Shown here: positions 1 to 11,597 of the stretch, piece by piece | Position numbering within the stretch: the stretch's first letter is position 1 | How the letters are laid out: every line of letters begins with the position of its first letter | DNA from: Gnetum montanum | Taxonomy: Eukaryota > Plantae > Gnetophyta | NCBI GenBank assembly: GCA_015680685.1 | Contig: MNCI01000527.1 | Location: 124,001-188,000, forward strand | Direction of reading: 5' to 3' | Length of the DNA: 64,000 nucleotides | Translations under genes and position numbers: made by a program | Notes under the pieces: generated by a model | Told to the model about the DNA's origin: nothing | The model's database searches: none | What the model saw: only the letters and a program-made list of their open reading frames with translations

Positions 1-2250
1 ATAGATGAAACCCATCCTTTGGCTATTTTCAAGGAAATGGTTAATGACTTAATCAAGTCTAAGCTGTATTACCTTAACTTCTTGTTTCTTTATCAAGTGT
101 TCTCCCAAACTGAAAACATAGAGGATGTTGTAGAAGCTAGCCATAACCTTGCTTACATGACATAAAAAAATCAACACATGTGAAGGGATAAAGAGAGGGG
201 TAAACAAAATAATGTGGTTGTAGTAATAATAACTAAAGAGACCAAAAGTACTAACCAAGGACCAAAGGCCAACCCACCCAAAGCAGTTGCTAACAATTGA
301 AATAGTTCATCACTAACCTCGAGGGCCATTGCATCGACTGCTCCTAGGACAAACTTTGGGTGGAAGGAAAAGATAAAATACACTAGTTTACCTTTAAAGC
401 CATCTAGAGTATTGGATCGATTATTGAAGAGTGGACATATATAATATAAGCAAATGATCAAAGCCACTTAGAAGAAGCATGAGCAGCTATGCAAAATAGC
501 CAAAGACCCCACTTGAGTAACAAAGGATAACCCTCAATTTCCTAGTTTCTTTAAGCTAGACTACATTTGCCACTATCACCAACTACATAGTCATGATATA
601 GAATTTTGCCTCATGCTTAAGGATGACCTACAAAAAATGATAGATAGGGGATAGTTAATCATAGATGCCTCAACTTGATCTGACTGCAAAATCAGTTGAT
701 GTAGGTGTATAAGGACTAATTGAACACTAATAATAGCCCCTATGTTATATTACTATTCAACATCGATGGTAATTGGAAACCAATGAGGGAACCATTCATG
801 ATTCAAGTACCCCCTATTGATGAAAGGGCCTCTTCAACTTCCACTAGCTCAAGACCCCCTTTTTGTAGTGAGAGTACCATCGTAAGCATCTCCAAGGGAG
901 CCTTTTGTAATTAAGGTGACCCAACCTAATATAAGCTAACCAGCCATAGTCTAACTGACATCATAACCATACCATGATCTCCTGTGGTGGCCAATGCTAC
1001 AACCTCTTCCTCATAACCAACAAATGACAACAAAAAAGCCTCAACCAAGCAGAGAAAGAAGCATAAACAAAATCGTAATAACAAGGGTGATAAGTAGACC
1101 AAGGCAAGAAAGGAAGTGGATCCACTAAAGCCCACTTCCATATTGTCTATGCCCATGACCTTCTCTACCTAGCCTAGCTCAATGAGCAAACCATACGAGG
1201 ATCCCAAAATTTGAAGCCATAAGAAAGAGGAGAGGCCATAGCAAAAACAACCTTAGCATGAAGTTCACATTTTGAAGGCACATGGAGGAAGTAAAATACA
1301 ACTAGGACAACAAGCCCACAACCAATGACAAAAGATTCCTTAATTGGATGGAGCAAGTCAAGAAATTCCTCAAATAGAAAAACATAACCTTGAGCTTGTA
1401 TGACTTAATCATGACTTCTCCTACATATTGTGAATTGCTAGTCAAAATATTGACATCTATCCCAATTAGTGAGGACATCCATACTAATGAGGAATACATA
1501 CATGTAGTAATGATTCATTTTTCACTAAGGGAAAAGAAGTTAACATTGTTAATGTTTCATGATAGAAAAGTCAAAACCAGCTCCCAAAATGGTGAAGTAA
1601 TTAGGGATCCTCTTTTTATAACCATATGTGTAGGGCAGCACAAGGTGCATCGAGTGCATGTTGACGATGGTGCTGCAACTAATGTTATCCCATCTACCAT
1701 TGTTGAGTGCCTAGGTTTGATTGAGCAAATACCACATATGACAACCACAACTCTCATGTCCTTCAAGGGATCAAGGGTTTTTGTGAAGGGGTCTATCTCC
1801 TTGGACTTTATGGTAGGGGAGCGATTCCCCACACTCACCAATTTCTTGGTGGTGGAGGAGATATCAGGGTTTAACCTTATCCTAGGAAGACCTTGGTTGG
1901 CTCAGTTATGAATCGTGTCTTCACCTATCTAGCAAGAAATTCATCTTCCTTATGAGGAAGGTGAAATCATCATTCATAGTGATAACGTGGTTTCCTTGGC
2001 TATTAACAATGTAGATATAGAGTAGGAGTTTGAAGTGAAGTTTTAAGAGGAAACTTTTGACCACAAAGTCTAGTAGCCCGAGAAAGCAGAGAAAACCAAA
2101 AGTAACAACAATGAATAATGGGACACACTATGCAAAGAGCTTCCCTTCAACATCATTAGTGAAGAGGATGGGGTATACAAACTTGTGTAGAGTAGGCCTT
2201 ATACATTTCCTAACTTGTCAAAGATTAGGAAAAGCTTGCACAAGTGAGGT
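1..2250 (+). pseudogene. gag: gag (C-terminal part with CHHC knuckle) plus aspartic protease of the host Tat element
   Basis: ORF 1390-1911 has VHVDDGAATNVIP and FNLILGRPWL, colinear with 21061-21624. Knuckle CHYHQLHSHD at ~568-600. Many in-frame stops. End coordinate approximate. Confidence 0.85.
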
Positions 2251-2959
2251 GCACCCTTGATCCTTCCACACTACACCCTTGTAACCTTTGTAGCCATGCA
2301 CTGATAGCTAGTTAATCTAGATTTCCTTTGTTTCTTGTTGAGTGTTTATGTTAGCTTTATTTCTATCTACTTTTTTTCATCCTTTTAGCATACAGCCTAG
2401 AGACTTATGTTTATTTACATACTTATTTATTATGACCTTTTTCTTTCTTTATTTTCGTTGTTTAGCAAGATATAAAACTAGAAATTCCATAAAAACTTTG
2501 AAATAGTAAATTGCCAAAAATAAATAAATATGAGTTTCTTTTTAATGCTGGCCCACCATGGCCTAAAACTGATAGCGCAAACACATAACATGACCTACCA
2601 TGACATTAAACTAGCAAATACTTAAGCAACCTATTCCTACCATGGCCTAAAATTGGTAAGAATCTTTGTTATCTTATTTATGTTTTAGCCTATAATCACA
2701 TTGTTTAGTTGTTTAAATTTATAGCCAAGATCAACATAGCCATTAAAAATGTTTATAACACTAGAACAATATATAGCCAAAACTGAAACCAAAAATTTAA
2801 ATTTAAAATATTCATAACATATATAGCCATGACCATGCTGTCTGGTAGAATGTCCCAAAAATAAATAAATAATAATCATCCATAACATAGTCTTGGCTAA
2901 GAATAGCCAACAACAACAACAAAAACCATGTAGCTAACAAGCTAAAATAGGTAGGACAA

Positions 2960-5900
2960 TATTAAGGGACACCTAGAAGAGGAAGTGGTGGGTCATCCCT
3001 ACCCTCATACCTAGGTTTGTCAATGTCTCTTGATGACTGAAATTCAACAACACAAATACACTTAGTAACCTACAACCCAAAATTATAACTTAAACAAGAC
3101 CAAAAATAAAACTAAAACATAAAACATATGAAACCTATGGGAAATTTGGCTCCATAATTTTCGAGGGTAGATGCTAAAGACCATTCTCTAAATGATGGAG
3201 AATATGATCCTCTGTCATATTGGCCTAGTTAATATCCCTAAGATCAATGCTTGTTAGGATGCCAATTCTATCCACTTTGGTCCAAGTAGGTGATTCCTGA
3301 GTGATGGTAGCCATAGAATTCTTGCCTACAGCCATGGTGATTTTAGAAGTAAGAGATTTCTCCACCATGAAAGTGCTCTCAAAGAGCTGGTCGGTACTCT
3401 TTCCTTGAATCCCTTAAATGAACTGCTCTCTCTTATGCTATTTAATTGACTCCTTTAAGCCACTTTAAGTAGGCCTCCTGATTAGCCTTATACTATTGTT
3501 TGTGCTCCTTTTGTGTCTTACCCCACTCTAGGACCCATGTGCAGTGATCTTTCCAATCCTTAGCCTGTTAGGAGATGAGATCCATCTGCATCCACTGTTC
3601 TACCATCTCCTATGAGAGTGCCAGCTTATTCTAGATGGTATGCTAGTAGTAAGCCCACGTGATCTCTCTAGTTTACAAGTTCTTTGAGTTAGTCACTTAG
3701 GCTTCCACAAAGACCTTACATTCCTAGAAATCCATAATCACCTGTGCCTACAGTTGAGTATCCTCCCTCAAGGTTACAACTTATTCTCATAGGGATTCAT
3801 TGGACCTCTTCATCTTCCATGAAATTTTTGTGCATGAAATTGCTAGATTAGTAGTAGTTTCATACAACTTCAAGGGTACACTTTGTACATCATAGGGAAG
3901 CTTTGTCAAGTCAAACTCTATGTCTTGGCTAGGGTCCCACTCCATAGATGGCACTATAGATAATGCATAACCATAAAATACAACCATAAACATAGTTTAC
4001 AACCTAAGATAGCCATAACATAAACACAACCTATAGCATAGAAAAATGACTGAGGCATAGAAAACAGAGTTCTAATGTATCTTATGTGCAACTTGTTGCA
4101 ATTGGTTGATGATGTCCATGGCCATTCCATGCATGAACTCTAGCTTGTCTAGAACCTCTACTCATGGTTTTGTGCGAAACATAGGGGTAGGGGCCCTCAC
4201 TAGTGGCTCAGGAACTACTACAAATGTAATAATAATTGAGTGGTTAGGATGAAAAGAAAACCTAAAATCATAGGATATAATGAAAAGTGTTAAGATATGT
4301 GCATACTTGGCTCCTCCTCTTCCTCCTCTAGGACGATGATGGGGGATGCACTTGGCATTGTCTCACCTATATTGGCCAACCCTTCAACCTCATGCTGCTA
4401 TAAGCGCACCTCTTCTACATGTCTTTATTCATCCTTTGCTACAATGGCTATATGTCTCTACACTTCCTTCTTCATGGCAGCTTGGGCTACCATGTCCTGA
4501 TGCTTTGCTACAATCATAGCACAGAAAAACTAACTAGTACACAAAACCATAAGCCTTAAAACATAGAATAGCAAAAAATAGATAAAACTTACCTATGATT
4601 GTCTAATGTGATCTTTTAAGCTTAAACTTAAGCTTCTTTTGGGTGGGTTGCTTTGATGCTAGTAGTGATTCCTCTAAGGACCTCTTAAGCTTGGCCCTAG
4701 TTGCCCCTTTGGCCTTTCTATGTAACCGATGGGCCATCAAGACATTCATCCAAACCATTAAGGGTTCCTCTTGTATGTTGTTAGGGAATTCACATTGCCT
4801 ACCACCAATATCCTTGGTGGTAAAAGATAGTGATTCATGCATCTAATCTAGTGGGTATTGGGCCTTCTTGGTTGGATAAATTTGTTTTATCCAAGGCCTA
4901 GAAAGCTAGTTTGGGTCTTGGGCCATCCATTGTTGATTCCTCCACACCATTAGAAACTTTGTGAACATCTTCAAATAACCATCAAAAAATGAAAAATTCA
5001 TGTGGATTATGGTGGAGGTATCATCGCAGAGTTTGAGAATCTCCTCCTAAAACTTGATAGCAAAGGAAACCATCCAATTGAATCTAGTATCCTCCATTAG
5101 GACCTTCTTAAAGGTCCACTTGTATGTGATGCTGATTACATTCTTTTATGAAAATAGTTTAGAAAAAACATTAGATTTGAACAAAGGGTAAGATGCCTTT
5201 GCTTTCAGATTCATGAAGCCATCCACGAAAAGCCTGGAGTGGCCCTTATTGGCACCAGACCACTTTGAAACTTCCTCATGTTGGCTTGCTTCCTTCACTA
5301 TTCTTGTGGTAACTTCTATTTAGTCAGTGGAAATACCAAACAAGTTACAAAAGGTGTCATCATCGATGGGTATGATAATTGGCATGCCTCAACCTGTGGT
5401 GCTGAAATGATTAGCTTCTTCATTAAAGGCATTGATGATGTTTAGCATCTTTATAGTGGGTATGAAAGGGATAGGTGTCATGAATACATCAAGCAAACTT
5501 GCATGATCAATGTTTGCTTGGATGTATTTAGGTGCTTGTCCCATCAACCACTCCTGTGCACTTCACTAAATTTTAGAATGAGGTTATTCTTATGATTCAT
5601 GAAATAGATAAGGTGATGTCAGTAGAGGTGGAAGGTTCTACAAAGCAACAATAAAAATCTAGCATTAGCATAGGCACGTCTAACAACTAGTTAAAATGAT
5701 AGAATACTTAAAACCTTAGTAACCATAAAGCATTAGCCATTATGACTCTTGTGTTTACTTTTCTTCTTCTTGCTCAGTGTGGTTTATATAGAGGTTCCAA
5801 CTATGAAGGTTTGATCCTTGGTGCTCTTGGAGCCCACCCACCAGTTGTGTGTCATCTTGTTGGTCACACACTTCTTGTAGACAGGGTTGAAATCCTTAGT

Positions 5901-8253
5901 GTATCTATCAAAGTTCCCTCTTAACTATTCATAGACAATAGTTTTGATTTGAGGATCCTTGGTAAATACATCTAAGATGGTTTGAGCCATTGCCAAGGTT
6001 CGATTGTTATTGATGAAGCCTTGATCACTAATCCTATACTTGCAAAAAGTTCATAAACCTGACAAGTTAGAAAAGGTAACCTAACCAACAAAACCAAAAA
6101 CATAAAAATACTATAACAACTGTGCTTACCCTTATAGATGGTATACAGTGTTGGGTGGGTTTTGAAATAACATGTCAACTCTCCATACCATCATCAAAAT
6201 ATTGTCAACATTATACTAATGGTACTCTAGCATAGTCCAGATCTCTGCAAGGTAGCATGTGTCGATGATGTCTATTTCTTCCTTTGTCTTGAGGTAATGG
6301 ATCATCAGTGATGAACCTAGTAATCAAACTAGATGTCATAGGCATTAGTGTCTCTACTATGACCCTAACCACATCCGTAGACAAGTGTGACAATAGCATC
6401 ATACTAAATTTCTATAGGATGTAGGCAAGGAATTCCATTGCCCTTGGCTAGAACCACAGAGAGCCCCTCTCCAATGTGATATCAGACAAAGGGATGTTTG
6501 CCTTGGGGCGGTTGATGCAACATAAGATGCCCACTAAATTAACCATAATGAGTATGGATTTGAGCAAGGCCCTACATGGGGAAACAAAAATATTACAACC
6601 AATTAGGATTTCTTGACAAGTTTGTGAAACATCATAGTTGGGTGTGAAATTAGCTCTTGTAAAAAACTCTAAGGTGTTTATTCAAATTTGTTCAAGAATT
6701 TGAAAACAACATCATTATAACCCTTGTAGCCTTTAGGAATTATAGTAAAAAATTATGCCCTAGTCTAAAACCATGTTGACAAAAAATAAAAATAGCCTTA
6801 AAACTTAGAAAATAACTATAGAGAAAAAAATCTTACTAAAGATAGTAAAATATTTTTATTTTTCATGAAATCAATATTAGAGCATAGTCAACATCTTTTG
6901 GCATCCCTAGGAGAATGGGATGTTGATAGCAAAAATTTCTAAGCATGTTCATGGTGGCCATCCCCAAGGGGTAAATTGTTACAACCAAGAAAAACCCCTA
7001 TGCACATGATAGTACGAGAAATTCATCAAAAATTAATCGTAAATTCAAATTCAATGATTCCAAATAATTGGAATTTCAAAATCATTAGCTACATAGCCAT
7101 GAATAGAAACTTTGAAAATTCTCAACAAATTTAACAAAAAATAGTGCAGCCTTTCCATTAATGAAAAAGCTCTAGTTCATGTGACCATAGCAAAAAATTT
7201 GTAAGAAATTTGTTTTAACTCTGATTTTAGTGATTCCACCATAGAAAGAATTTTAAAATCATGAGATTTTTAGGCATAACCAACATAGCCAAGAGCTTAT
7301 AGTCATGTTAGTTGAAAACATAAGAAACCAAGCTGTAACCTAGATTTCACCCAAAAACCCCTTTTTGCATGAGTTTAATGAAAAATTTGTCAAAAATTCA
7401 TTCTAACTCCAAATGGATTGATTCACCTCTGTAGGGAAAATTAAATAAGAAATTACACAGCTATAACTGAAAAATAAAAAAACCTACTGTCATTTATTTG
7501 GAAAAAATTCATAACTTTACATGAAATTTTTAAAAATGGCACAAAATCCAACTACACAACTCAACTAAAATATTCATAACTTCATTGTTTCAAATCCAAA
7601 TTGAATAAGACCATAGCCATTGAAAACCTTAAATGGATATCTATACCTTAGATTATAACCATATTTAGCCATTTTTGCAATAAAAAATTGATAACTTTGA
7701 TTACTTTTTTCATCAAACATTAAAAAGCTCATAAAACTCATAAAGCATAATTTAATTTATCCATGAATCGAAGCCAAAACAATCATGCAAACTTAAAGCC
7801 ATTTAAAAACCATCAAAATAAGGGATAGGATTTTATCAAAATTTAATTTTGAAAAATACTAAAGCCTAGATTTGACAAAAATGGCCCCATCCCCAAATTA
7901 ACGGAGAAAGCACACAAAACAACAAATCTAATTTTAGAAATTAAATTTACCAAAGCCTGAATAAAAAAAATAACCTTATACCCATGTAGAAACAACCAAA
8001 ATATGATGTGGGATTTTGTCAAAATTGTATTCTATCCACTCAGCGTAGATTTAACAAAAATAGCCCCATCCTAGGTAGGAAAGCCCCAAAAAGGCTAGGA
8101 AACTCAAGAAAAATGACTAGAGTTAGCCTACCTTGGAGTGGCCATGAAAGATGCTTAGATGTAGACTAGCTTTTGAAGCTTAGAGATGTTCCTTGCATCT
8201 TCATCTATCTTCAAGATCCTTGGATTCTTGCTCTTTCCTCCACATTGCTTCAT
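2960..8253 (-). pseudogene. Antisense multi-exon accessory gene of the host element (FCP1/NIF-like domain, RFNW domain, coiled coil)
   Basis: Exon 1 8253-8132 (MKQCGGKSKNPRILKIDE..., AG|gtaggc). Exon 2 6571-6130 (LLKSILIMVNLVGILC...SLWF*PRAMEFLAYIL...LFQNPPNTVYH, GG|gtaag). Later exons carry AQEWLMG...FCNLFGI...TRFNW and EQWMQMDL...DWKD...EWGKTQKEHK. All match 15668-19871. 3' end approximate. Confidence 0.8.
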
Positions 8254-8606
8254 ATTTGCTACACCAATGTTAAGAAAGCTTGAGATTTGGAAGGGAGGAA
8301 GCCTCTATGCTGGCTAGGAGAGAGATATAGTGTTTTCACACTAGGGATGGATGGAATTTGTAGCAAAAGTATCTACTAGAGCTCTCTTCCAATGCACTAT
8401 TTACTAAGACTAAAGGTATGATTGAAAGTTACAAAATGTAAAAACCAAAGCAAAACCTAAATGGCTACTCTTAAGTCCTAGTTGTTAATTCTGTGCATTT
8501 GAAATCAAAATGCACTAAAGTGCAAGAAGGGGAAAGTCTACTCTACATTGAGAATGATGGGAGATAAGTGAAATTTTTAAAAATTTTAATTTTTGATAGT
8601 GGGCCC

Positions 8607-10049
8607 TGTAACGATGGAAAATGTCGGTCGCTGAAAATACCGAACGAAAGTCCATGTAGACAGTTCTAACCTTGGATCTGTGCAAGGACCGTGTTGGAAA
8701 GAAAAACGAATTCGAGGTGCCCTGAATGGTCTTGTCGATCAGACAGGGACTTATTAAATTAGTAAAAGGTTTGGTAGTATGATGGTGAAATGAAGATTCT
8801 TTGTAAAGCAATGCGATATCGTTAATCCCGAAAGCAATTGAAGACAACGCAAACGATCTAGATGAGATTACCAAATCTATTTAACTAGGATGCAAGAGAT
8901 CAGATTTGGTGGAAAGTATGATTAGAAGATCTGGGATTTAAATTAGGAAAAATAATATGTTTAATATAATGACTTCAGGCGAGCTTCGGTTTGGACGAAG
9001 CATATGCCAGTAACAAGAAAGTTATATAAAGATGAAACAAGCGAGGATCAATCTACCTTGATCTAGCTAATCTGGGTGCAAGGAAGTTAGACCTGTGGGA
9101 GAATATCTAGTAGCCAATTGTTTCTGATCAAGAATTCTTGTCAATCACCTCCGGCGTTCTCATGATCGCTGATTCTCTTTCTTGCTCTCTTGCCAACCTT
9201 GAAGGAAAAATTTTCCAATCCCTTTGATCTTCGTCAACTGGAGCATTTATAAGGTTTAGGTTAGGAGAAAAACATGGCTTAAATGCACATGTCTTGTACT
9301 CATAAAATTCCATTGACTCAATGTGTTGTTGTTGAAGCTTGCGACGCTATGCTACGTAGTGCGTCGTAAACTACCCTCGTGCAGGCTTTGACAACAGACT
9401 GTCCTTTGATTATGCTGTAATACGCTAGAGAGCGTATTGTGGCATATGAACTGCTAATGTGCTTGTCGTTACTTGAATTACGCTACATTACACTAAATTA
9501 CGCATCGTAGTGTAATTCAGCGTAAAATAACGAAACTGCAAAAGTTAAAGTGTTGTTGCCGCGCTTCCTCTGTTTCTATCTTTTTTCGGGGTTTTACTAC
9601 GTTGCACTGCGTAAAGTAGAGTAATGGGCCCCTCAACCAGGAAAGAAAACCTGCTGAAACACACGTTATACTGTAGACTGTTGCTTAGGACTTGAGATTT
9701 TTACTGGGCTGTTGAAGTCTTGCATGTTTGCTATTCTTGACGCTGCGGTAGATTGTTTTTGATATTACGCTACACAATGTGATGTTACGCTACATAGCGT
9801 AATACAGTGTAATTTGCCAGAAGTTAAGATTTTCGAAATAGATAATTTACGAAGTTGGAAGCTTTGCTGCCGTGCATCTGTTGCTTTGCTCCATCCTCTA
9901 GAATTTACTTGTGCTGTGCCACGCAATGTGGCAGGACAGACTTTCGGCTGAAAAGGAACTTGTCGTGTCACGCCTTGTTGCAACCCTTTGTCTGAGTCAT
10001 CAGCTTTTTTGCTGAACTGTTGAGGCCTCGAAATTTTCATGGTGTTTCA
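8607..10049 (-). repeat. 3' LTR of nested Tat element (1443 bp)
   Basis: TGTAACGA...GTGTTTCA on the plus strand; colinear with 24745-26188, differing almost only by transitions. Confidence 0.97.
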
Positions 10050-10062
10050 ATGGCCTCTCTTT
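10050..10062 (-). promoter_or_regulatory. Polypurine tract of nested element
   Basis: Minus strand AAAGAGAGGCCAT directly before the LTR start TGAAACACC; the host junction at 39025-39046 is nearly the same. Confidence 0.85.
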
Positions 10063-11299
10063 GTTGACATTTAGAGGGCTTGCCCGAAAGACGTCGACAA
10101 AGAATGCGAAACACCGAAAAGGCAAAAGCATCAACAGCATCTTTCGGAGACTGCTCAAACGTTGTTCTGTCAAACTTAGAAGTGTGAGGATGAGGGGCTA
10201 TAGGTTATGGAAAGGATTTTACAGGAGTTAGAGATGGTAGGTTTGGGGAAGACTCAAACACATGAACATATAGCTTCTCTGAACAAGTCATTACGTCCTC
10301 TCGCTAATGTATTTACGAAAGGTTATGCCGTTATACTGCATATGGGGGGTTTGCAAGGGCGAGTTGTGTTACACCTACATGGGCTGGATGAATTGTTTTA
10401 CATCCATTTTGCCAGAACCCTCCCCTCTTTTTTTTTCAAATGCAGAGTGCATGCCACCAGGCGAGCTATGTTACGCTAGTTTGTGGGCATAATAATGCAA
10501 ACGGGTCAACTTAATGCTCATGTTCTGTACAAGTGCGGAAGAACATAGAGTAAGGAAAAAGGGGGGGTGGGGGGAAAAAGGTAAGGTACCCAGGAGAGGT
10601 AGCGTTAGCACTTCCAAGTGATAAGGTGAGTCTAAGCAGCCACCTCCGAACACCATGATGCCTCACCTCCCAATGAAAGTATTCCTGATCAACGTTGTTG
10701 TAACAAGTAACCTGCAAAACACAACATGGAACAGAAAGCCAGAAACAAACGTCCTGATAGTTAAGGAGGGAGGCTGTTGAAACAAGCTCCATCCAAAACG
10801 ACAAGGAGAGTGTAGGCCCTTGAAAATGGGACCGCAGCAAGCAGCAAAAGTGCCAATGTTGATGTCACGGTTCTTGTCGTTGCCGTTGAGAGCCAGATTT
10901 GTCTTGCTTGAAGGACCATGCAAAGTACATGTCAGACGAATCCGCTAAGCCAGAATCTGGTGATGGCAATGGATGGAGGCCACTGAGACTATGGGTGACT
11001 ATGGTTTTTTTGAGGCCCCAAGTAGCGAAACTGATCCTAGGAGGTGTAGCTACGAAGTGGCTATCGTAGCAACATCTCTGAGGGGTCAGTAGCATGCCTT
11101 TCGGCATATCCGAGGAATTAGCAGAATGCCGGCGGGGGTAGCGGCGTTGTATCTGTCCCAATGCCTTACCCGCTCGATCTGGTAGGGATGCAGTGCAAGA
11201 ATGGTCATGCTCACTTGCTTCGTGGATGGCTTGTTGACAGATTCTAGTTTTAGGTCCTGGTTGACCATTGTTGTTGGTTTTAAGTCTCAGCATACCGTG

Positions 11300-11575
11300 G
11301 TCCCGGTTTAACGTCTGGGCAGACAGGAATATGCTATTTTTACATCGTAGCGGATGATGGAAGGGCTAGTTTATGGTCTTAGCAGACCACGCTATGGGTG
11401 TTAGTTTTATGTCATGACCTAGGGACAAGTCTGTGCTGGTTTAGCGTCTCAACAGACATGTGCTTACCTTTGCCAGTTTAGTGTCTTGGCGGACGTGTGC
11501 AAGAGTTGCCAGTTTTACGTCATAGCGAACGTGTACAACTTTGCCAGTTTTACGTCATAGCGGACGTTTGTTACC
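11300..11575. repeat. Degenerate short tandem repeats downstream of integrase
   Basis: Recurring CCAGTTTTACGTCATAGCGGAC-like units. Confidence 0.6.
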
Positions 11576-11597
11576 TAGTTTTGAGCTGAGTCGATGT

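Noticed and set aside
2100-2260. Splice donor of the host PR-RT intron
   Set aside because: Too decayed to place a phase-0 GT donor with confidence.
8515-9313. Duplicated ORFs MVISSRSFAL... and ...VIDKNS (also 24713-25460)
   Set aside because: Duplicated only because they lie in the two LTRs; no domain evidence.
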